Shown: in pieces, positions 44,725 to 50,511 of the stretch
Layout: each line of letters begins with the position of its first letter
How positions within the stretch are numbered: the first letter of the stretch is position 1
From: a candidate division WOR-3 bacterium
Lineage (GTDB): Bacteria; Hydrothermota; Tepidihabitantia; SM23-42
Reading direction: 5' to 3'
NCBI GenBank assembly: GCA_030671005.1
Contig: DAOVAN010000001.1
Location: 1-50,511, forward strand
Length of the DNA stretch: 50,511 nucleotides
Translations under genes and position numbers: made by a program
The notes under the pieces: model-generated
What the model was told of the DNA's origin: nothing
The model's input: only the letters and a program-made list of their open reading frames with translations
Databases searched by the model: none

Positions 44725-45627
44725 GTGATAATCGATCCCCTCGATTTGAATCTTATCCGACAGCTTGAAATCCAGGGCACAATACCTGTCCATGATTTTG
44801 TAAACAAATTCCACATATCTCGGAAGGAAATACTCCTCAGGGTAAGGAATTTCGAAGAGACTGGATTGATCAGCAGCTACGGTTTTAAGTTGTTTCTACC
44901 CGGGATTCATGGTGGTAAGTGGTATTGGGGCTGTATCGCCGGCGAGGCGACACCAAAATTCATGGTCGGTAATTCCGTGCCTTACCTGGAAGAGATGGTA
45001 GAGAACATGTCTTTTCCCGCCGGGGTGTGCCCGAACATGTCGTTGCTCTTCTACACGAAGAATTTGAAAGATATCAAGATGCTGTCGAACAAGCTCGCCG
45101 GGATGAAATATGCAGAGGTATACAAGGTCGGTGAATATAATGTTACAGTACCCAGGGTCATACTGAGGGAAGATTGGCAACTACTCGCCGAGCTGTACAA
45201 CACAAAGAAAATGGACTACGCAAAGCTCAACGCGATAACTAATAACCCGAAATCGGCCAAGGAGCTACAGTTATCACGACTAGTGTGGACAAGGAAAAAC
45301 CGTCAGGGTATTTTATCGATCGTGCCGAATTTCAACTGGAGCGTTATCAAGAACTACATGCATATCCATCTTGCGGTTGTTACGAAACTGCGGACCAAGG
45401 GGTTGCGCGGGTTACTAAAAGATATCGGGTTTGTGGGCAATATTGCATCCAGATTCAAGAAAAGATATGTGCAAATTGAATTCGATTTGTGGGGATTTTC
45501 GGATTTGACAACAATCGTACATGAACTTTCCAAGATAGATGGGCTAACCGTTGAAGGTTGTTCGTTTGCCTACAGAAATAGAATATATGATGAGTGGGTT
45601 AAAGATTATATACAACAGCAAATCTAG
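44725..45627 (+). CDS. Protein with an Lrp/AsnC-type winged-helix N-terminus, apparently an internal tandem duplication
   Basis: 300 aa. LDLNLIRQLEIQGTIPVHDFVNKFHISRKEILLRVRNFEETGLI is AsnC-type HTH-like. A second, weaker HTH-like region reads WQLLAELYNTKKMDYAKLNAI... Only the GTG start precedes the HTH. Confidence 0.6.
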   Translation: MIIDPLDLNLIRQLEIQGTIPVHDFVNKFHISRKEILLRVRNFEETGLISSYGFKLFLPGIHGGKWYWGCIAGEATPKFMVGNSVPYLEEMVENMSFPAGVCPNMSLLFYTKNLKDIKMLSNKLAGMKYAEVYKVGEYNVTVPRVILREDWQLLAELYNTKKMDYAKLNAITNNPKSAKELQLSRLVWTRKNRQGILSIVPNFNWSVIKNYMHIHLAVVTKLRTKGLRGLLKDIGFVGNIASRFKKRYVQIEFDLWGFSDLTTIVHELSKIDGLTVEGCSFAYRNRIYDEWVKDYIQQQI

Positions 45628-46801
45628 TTTACTAATCCTGATTATATTAGCTGTTGTGGGTTGTACAAGAGAAACAGACAAAGTCGAAGAACCCAAGTAC
45701 ACCGAAACAAAGCATATTGTAAAGCGCGGGGAGAATTTCGAAACCATACTTGACAAGCTTTCAGTAGCTGATTGCAAAGTTGCTATCATTTCGGTACTCA
45801 AGAATTCGGGTTTCCCCTTTCGAAAATGCTTACCGGGTGACACGCTTTTTCTGGAGAAGAAGAACGGCGAATTCCTGAAATTGACCTACCGCCAGAACCT
45901 ACATAATACCTACTATGTGACGACCGACAGCGCCACTTTTGTGGTGGCGATGAAGTACCCGTACGTCGACACATCGCTCACTTTTATCAAGGGTGACATC
46001 AAGTCGACGCTGTATGAGTCCATGTTGGCGGTCGGTGAAACATCGAACTTGGTAATAAGATACGCTGATGTTTTCGCTTGGGAAGTAGACTTCTTCACCG
46101 AAACGCAAGAGGGTGATTCTTTTTTCATTTACATAGAAAAGACCTTTTGCGATTCGGTATTTGTTGATTATGGTGCGATAATCTTTGCACGTTATTGCGG
46201 AGAGGCTGGAGATTTCTACGGTGTTTATTATTGTGATCCAGAGGGTCGTGAAGATTACTACAATCTAGAAGGTAAGTCTTTGCGCAAGTCACTTCTAAAA
46301 TCACCCCTGAGATTCTCATACATTAGTTCCTACTTCTCGAAGCGAAGATTTCATCCAATCCTGAAAGTCTGGCGTCCTCACCACGGACTCGACTATGTGG
46401 CTCCAATCGGTACACCCGTGTCGTCGATCGGAGGTGGCAAGGTCGTGTACAAAGGATGGAAAGGAAGTTACGGGAACCTGGTGGAAATACGACACAAGAA
46501 TAACTTCAGGTCACGGTACGGACACCTCAAGAGGTTCGCGAAAGGTTTGTATGTAGGCAAGAGAATCAAGGCCGGTGATCTGGTTGGCTATCTTGGTTCG
46601 ACTGGTCTCTCGACCGGTCCACATTTGCATTTCGAATTACATAAGAATGGTGTACCCATAAATCCTCTCCGGGTTAAAATCCCACGTGCCCCTTCGGTTA
46701 AGAAAAAATATATGAATGCATTCAAGAGCCACCGTGATTCTCTGCTTCATACTATTCAAGTCATGTCCTCCGATGGGGGAGAGGAACTTCCAGAGACGTA
46801 A
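45587..46801 (+). CDS. M23-family peptidoglycan endopeptidase lipoprotein (MepM-like)
   Basis: I place the start at MMSGLK..., which gives the lipobox LAVVGC. Metal ligands are HHGLDY and GPHLHFE. An OapA/LysM-like segment, HIVKRGENFETIL, is also present. Confidence 0.85.
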   Translation: MMSGLKIIYNSKSSLLILIILAVVGCTRETDKVEEPKYTETKHIVKRGENFETILDKLSVADCKVAIISVLKNSGFPFRKCLPGDTLFLEKKNGEFLKLTYRQNLHNTYYVTTDSATFVVAMKYPYVDTSLTFIKGDIKSTLYESMLAVGETSNLVIRYADVFAWEVDFFTETQEGDSFFIYIEKTFCDSVFVDYGAIIFARYCGEAGDFYGVYYCDPEGREDYYNLEGKSLRKSLLKSPLRFSYISSYFSKRRFHPILKVWRPHHGLDYVAPIGTPVSSIGGGKVVYKGWKGSYGNLVEIRHKNNFRSRYGHLKRFAKGLYVGKRIKAGDLVGYLGSTGLSTGPHLHFELHKNGVPINPLRVKIPRAPSVKKKYMNAFKSHRDSLLHTIQVMSSDGGEELPET

Positions 46802-46889
46802 CTGCATTCTTCTATCGGTAAAGGTTCGCTCATATCCACAATTGATGTTGTGGAGTTTGTACACCATATCTGAATTGGAAGGAGGCTAA

Positions 46890-47615
46890 ATGCCGATACA
46901 CATTAGAGCCAGTAAAGGAGATTATGCTCCAACTACCTTGTTGGTTGGCGATCCGGCAAGGGCGGTGAGGGTTAGTCAGATCCTCACGGAGTCGAATCTA
47001 GTTAACAAGAATCGCGGTTTGCTTGGCTACACTGGATCCTATAAAGACAAGAAGATCAGTGTACAAACAACAGGGATGGGTTGTCCCTCAGCGGCCATTG
47101 TTGTTGAGGAACTCATTCAGCTCGACGTGAAGACACTCATAAGGATCGGAACGTGTGGCGGCATCGGTGCGCATATCAAACCCCTCGATATGATTGCTGC
47201 GGTGGCCGCGTCGCCTTTTGATGGTGCTACGCGTACTTATTTGAACGGTGAGCCGCACGCGCCCTATGCTACATTCGAAATTCTGGATGTCGCGCGTAAG
47301 ATAGCGCAGGAGAAAGATATGCAGATCAATTTCGGCGGTGTGGCCAGCGTTGATGTTTTCTATAATCCGTTTCCAGATTATGTGCCACGACTGAGGGAAA
47401 AAGGTATCATCGCCGTGGAAATGGAGACGAGTCTCATATACTACTTGGCAAATCGAAGCGGACTCAATGCAGCATCTTTCCTGCTTGTATCAGACATTGT
47501 TGGAGGCGGTGAGGAATTTACTGAGTTTGTCTCTGATCAGGAACTCTCGAAGGCAATGGACAAACTGATAAGTTTTGTACTGGACGTCTCTCACGAACAC
47601 GAAAAAGGTGGGTGA
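46890..47615 (+). CDS. PNP/UDP-family nucleoside phosphorylase (DeoD-like)
   Basis: 241 aa with [30 protein letters not shown] and VEMET blocks. The SD is ggaggaggc. Confidence 0.8.
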   Translation: MPIHIRASKGDYAPTTLLVGDPARAVRVSQILTESNLVNKNRGLLGYTGSYKDKKISVQTTGMGCPSAAIVVEELIQLDVKTLIRIGTCGGIGAHIKPLDMIAAVAASPFDGATRTYLNGEPHAPYATFEILDVARKIAQEKDMQINFGGVASVDVFYNPFPDYVPRLREKGIIAVEMETSLIYYLANRSGLNAASFLLVSDIVGGGEEFTEFVSDQELSKAMDKLISFVLDVSHEHEKGG

Positions 47616-47632
47616 CCCCAAGGAGGTTTGAC

Positions 47633-47812
47633 ATGCAGAAATGGCGTTGTTCGATATGTGGCTATACATATGACCCGAATAAAGGTGACCCAGAATCCGG
47701 CATAAATCCAGGTGTCAGTTTCGAAGATCTCCCTGATCATTGGGGATGCCCAGATTGCGGTGCTTCAAAAGAGCTTTTTGAGCGCTCTTCGGATGACGCA
47801 GTAGATGATTGA
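47633..47812 (+). CDS. Rubredoxin
   Basis: The start is moved to the ATG behind aggagg. The protein begins [15 protein letters not shown] and carries [12 protein letters not shown], the two CxxCG knuckles. Confidence 0.9.
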   Translation: MQKWRCSICGYTYDPNKGDPESGINPGVSFEDLPDHWGCPDCGASKELFERSSDDAVDD

Positions 47813-47828
47813 ACACTTCCATTGATTG

Positions 47829-47856
47829 TTGACTAAACAAAAAATATAGTGATAAT
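47829..47856 (+). promoter_or_regulatory. Sigma70-type promoter of the EIIA-like gene; leaderless geometry
   Basis: TTGACT (47829-47834), a 16-nt spacer, GATAAT (47851-47856), 6 nt, then ATG 47863. Confidence 0.65.
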
Positions 47857-47862
47857 GTGATT

Positions 47863-48300
47863 ATGCTGGCGGATTACCTTGGAGAAGGAAACATACTACT
47901 AAATTTTGAAGAACGAAGTTACCGACAAGCACTGCTCAAGATGCTGTCAAAGAGCGTCGAGAGAAATAACCTTCAGATTGTAGATAAGATACTCGAACGG
48001 GAAAACATCATGTCTACGGCAATGGGAAAGGGAGTATTTCTTCCTCGAGTCATTGTGACGGACAAATCAAATAGCGAAGTCATCATCGCAGTCAATCCGA
48101 ATGGTTTGTCCTTTGAGGACTACGGAACATCGACGGCTAATATCATAATGCTTTTTTTGTTTTCAAAAAACAATGACTACGCAGCTATTCTGGCGCAAAG
48201 CCTGCGTATGTTGAACGATGATAGCCTGCGTGCAGACCTCCTTGAAAGCAGAAATGCCGGGGATGTCATCAAGGCTATTCGTGAGTGGGAAGAAGAATGA
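47863..48300 (+). CDS. PTS EIIA(Ntr)-like domain protein lacking the phosphorylatable histidine
   Basis: It is collinear with PtsN. ILERENIMSTAMGKGVFLPRVIV aligns with ILTREKMGSTGIGNGIAIPHGKL, putting Arg where the His should be. The start is set at ATG 47863 by promoter geometry. Confidence 0.7.
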   Translation: MLADYLGEGNILLNFEERSYRQALLKMLSKSVERNNLQIVDKILERENIMSTAMGKGVFLPRVIVTDKSNSEVIIAVNPNGLSFEDYGTSTANIIMLFLFSKNNDYAAILAQSLRMLNDDSLRADLLESRNAGDVIKAIREWEEE

Positions 48301-48644
48301 AGAAGAATGTCCGGCGGATCATGCTCATTGTTTGGATCGTTATCATATTTGTGCTCACCGGATATCCCAAATTGGAAGTGCCTGAACTGATGGAGTTGCC
48401 AATTGATAAGCTATACCACTTCGTTGTCTTTTTTGTCATGGGATTGCTTGCGGCCAAGTTGATGCGCGCGAAGGGCTTTTTCATACTCGGTTTCGTAATC
48501 GTTTTGCTGGCTGAATTGCAGCAGCTTGTCATTCCCGGTCGTGAATTCGAACCTCTCGATATCGCGGCGGGAATTTTGGCGCTGATCGTCAGCTACTTTG
48601 TCTTCAGAGAAAAAGGAATGAAGAGTGAGTTATCAAAGGCCTAA
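48297..48644 (+). CDS. VanZ-like membrane protein
   Basis: About 115 aa with 3-4 TM segments. The ATG at 48297 overlaps the upstream stop (ATGA). The layout resembles VanZ (DKLYHFVVFFVMG, ELQQLVIPGREFE). Confidence 0.6.
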   Translation: MKKNVRRIMLIVWIVIIFVLTGYPKLEVPELMELPIDKLYHFVVFFVMGLLAAKLMRAKGFFILGFVIVLLAELQQLVIPGREFEPLDIAAGILALIVSYFVFREKGMKSELSKA

Positions 48645-49863
48645 GGGACACAGAGATTTATTTGGCAAGGAGCTGAAAAGGGTCGAGGCAATGAATGCGG
48701 CGGCGAGGGGTTTCTTCGGACAACACGGTTATGAAGAGATCAAAACACCCACCTTCGAGTTTGCCGCTTTGTTTGATCGTTCAATCGGAGAAACTACCGA
48801 CATTGTCGAACATGAAATATACAAGTTCGAAGTAAACAAGAAGCTTTATGCCCTAAAGCCTGAGGGCACCGCGTCAGTTCTCAGGGCTTTCATAGAGAAT
48901 AAACTCTCTTTGCCCGCGCGTTTCCTCTACATCTGGAACATGTATCGACGAGAGCGTCCACAGAAAGGTAGGTACCGGGAATTCCTGCAGATTGGGATCG
49001 AATTATTGGGTGAGAGTAAGCCATTTTATGACGCAGAAATCATTGATCAAGGCAAGAGGTATCTAGAATTGATTGGTGCTAAGGATTATTACATAGAACT
49101 CAATTCGATCGGCTGTCCCCAGTGTCGTAAGGCGTATCAAGAGAAACTGAAGACTTATCTTGAGCAACAACTGACCCACCTCTGTGCTGACTGTCGTAGG
49201 CGATTGGAACGTAATTTCCTTCGCATATTTGATTGCAAGAAAGAGGGATGTCAGGCGATATATGATAAAGCACCTAAAATCACTGATAATCTATGCGGGG
49301 AATGTAGCGAACACTACAAACAGGTGAAATGCTATCTGGCCATATTCGGTATCGAGTATACCGAGAACAAGAAGCTCGTACGCGGTTTAGACTACTATAC
49401 AAGAACCGTTTTCGAATTTAAACACGGTGAATTGGGTGCTCAGGATACCATTATTGCGGGCGGTCGCTATGATCTGCTCATGCGGGAATTGGGCGGGCCA
49501 GATACGCCATGCACTGGATGGGCAATGGGTCCGGAACGGTTATTGCTCACCATGCCAGATGAAGTTCCTAAGCTGCAACCGAGGCAGGTCTACTTTGTGG
49601 TAGCCATGGGGGAGAAGTACTTGCAGAAGATCATTTCTATTCGTGACGGAATACAGGCTAAGGGGCACATTTGCATGCTCGGCAACCCTGATGATCCCAT
49701 AAAGCAGCAGATAAAGCGTGCAAACAAGGCAGCTGCCGCATATACGATCATTTATGGAGAGGATGAAGAAAAAGAGGGCGTGTACGCCGTAAAAGACATG
49801 AAAACCGGCGAACAGAAGAAAATCCCTGCAGAAAAATTCAACTCACAAATACCACAATTGTAA
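48625..49863 (+). CDS. hisS: Histidine--tRNA ligase
   Basis: 412 aa with RPKGHRD, a motif-2 region, AGGRYD and an anticodon-binding C-terminus. The start codon is GTG. Confidence 0.9.
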   Translation: MSYQRPKGHRDLFGKELKRVEAMNAAARGFFGQHGYEEIKTPTFEFAALFDRSIGETTDIVEHEIYKFEVNKKLYALKPEGTASVLRAFIENKLSLPARFLYIWNMYRRERPQKGRYREFLQIGIELLGESKPFYDAEIIDQGKRYLELIGAKDYYIELNSIGCPQCRKAYQEKLKTYLEQQLTHLCADCRRRLERNFLRIFDCKKEGCQAIYDKAPKITDNLCGECSEHYKQVKCYLAIFGIEYTENKKLVRGLDYYTRTVFEFKHGELGAQDTIIAGGRYDLLMRELGGPDTPCTGWAMGPERLLLTMPDEVPKLQPRQVYFVVAMGEKYLQKIISIRDGIQAKGHICMLGNPDDPIKQQIKRANKAAAAYTIIYGEDEEKEGVYAVKDMKTGEQKKIPAEKFNSQIPQL

Positions 49864-49877
49864 AAAGTCGTCGTTCT

Positions 49878-50114
49878 CTAATAACCCATTGTCTTATATC
49901 TTCGCAGTCCCTGCATGATGATATTCATCGTTTCTTCATCTGCTTTGAAATTGGCAGCAGAATCCTCGGGCCCGACCGCCAATATTTCCTCCTTTGAGAA
50001 ATGAAAGAGAATAGTATTGTCATAGATAGAAATATACTGGACATTATCAAGGTTAACCGACACAGTACGCATCTGGCCACTCAGTTTTGCATCAAATTTC
50101 AGCCACGCAGTCAT
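49878..50114 (-). CDS. Hypothetical 78-aa protein
   Basis: The start is moved to the ATG (MTAWLKFDAK...) that lies 5 nt behind ggagg. The 15 codons upstream in the track are the promoter itself. Confidence 0.5.
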   Translation of the reverse strand: MTAWLKFDAKLSGQMRTVSVNLDNVQYISIYDNTILFHFSKEEILAVGPEDSAANFKADEETMNIIMQGLRRYKTMGY

Positions 50115-50130
50115 ATTACCTCCTGGATTG

Positions 50131-50159
50131 ATTATAGTAGGAGGCGCATTCTCTGTCAA
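50131..50159 (-). promoter_or_regulatory. Sigma70-type promoter of the 78-aa gene (leadered)
   Basis: On the minus strand: TTGACA (50159-50154), a 17-nt spacer, TATAAT (50136-50131), then a 16-nt leader with ggagg before ATG 50114. Confidence 0.65.
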
Positions 50160-50511
50160 GACTGAATGATTACAGTATAGTCTCTCAAAAGCGAAGGTTG
50201 ACGACAGATTCGCTGATCACTCTTCGGATGCAAAACATTCAGCCCATGCAACACCCTGATTTTGCGAGAGAAAAAGGTGTGGGGTAGAGGTTCGTATCTG
50301 AGAGCATGTGCCTATTCAGATAGATTCAAGTTGATTCTATGATTTTACATGTATGTCTCTATATATAGGTATATATCTAATATCTACGAAGTGAATTATT
50401 AACTGGGATTTATTGTGGAAGGTTCTGTTTAAACAGGAAGACATTACTGCTGAAATTACATGACTTATTTTCACATTGACGGAATGCCTTGCTTCCTGAG
50501 CATATTACTGT

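Noticed and set aside
50160-50511. A further promoter or gene in the AT-rich terminal 350 nt (TTGACG words at about 50198 and about 50477; palindrome ctgtttaaacag at 50426-50437)
   Set aside because: Neither TTGACG has a TAnnnT hexamer at 16-17 nt. No ORF with initiation signals fits before the window ends. The region is noted only as unexplained, and it shares the agattcaaRYtgat word with 7806-7899.

Overview
This is a 50.5-kb chromosomal segment from a bacterium, probably an uncultivated, anaerobic diderm. Rubredoxin, an AsmA-family protein, RseP and lipoproteins support that guess. The window is mostly core housekeeping and I found no rRNA, tRNA, CRISPR array, transposase or phage genes. 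I call 56 protein-coding genes in tight operons:
- A split ATP-citrate-lyase-like set (SucC-like, SucD-like and a short citrate-synthase-like lyase) followed by a LeuCD-type aconitase-family dehydratase, trkA, a TPR protein, a conserved hypothetical and queE.
- ispD-dxr-rseP.
- A coiled-coil lipoprotein and a LysM protein.
- phoH, a 7TM-HD (PgpH-like) protein, ybeY and two CNNM/CorC paralogues.
- nadB, a TPR protein, a 45-aa zinc ribbon (below the ORF-track cutoff), a J-domain/TPR protein and an 83-aa protein.
- ligA.
- valS plus two small membrane proteins.
- DUF3467, cca, an M50 protease, asmA and mutM.
- A HEAT-repeat protein, an HD-GYP protein, folP, cdaA, sppA, a lipoprotein and a GH84 glycosidase.
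- rpmH (also missed by the track), rnpA, yidD, yidC, jag and mnmE.
- A tandem wHTH protein and an M23 lipoprotein.
- A PNP-family phosphorylase, rubredoxin, an EIIA(Ntr)-like protein, a VanZ-like protein and hisS.

The most interesting signals are non-coding:
1. Eleven near-consensus TTGAC(T/A)-N16/17-TAnnnT promoters. Eight of them sit only 5-8 nt from the start codon, which implies leaderless mRNAs. This moves several start codons.
2. A roughly 230-nt composite intergenic element present twice in inverted orientation (11.2-11.5 kb and 32.6-32.9 kb). It is built from GTAG-headed short hairpins and looks REP-like.
3. Phased 10-nt and 7-nt micro-repeat arrays just upstream of promoters.

Coding oddities:
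- A B12-binding radical-SAM-like protein without the CxxxCxxC motif.
- An rnpA whose conserved N-terminus has no canonical start codon.
- A phospho-dead EIIA(Ntr) domain.
- A HEAT/HD-GYP gene pair that shares an N-terminal domain.

All family assignments come from motif recognition by eye. No database searches were run.
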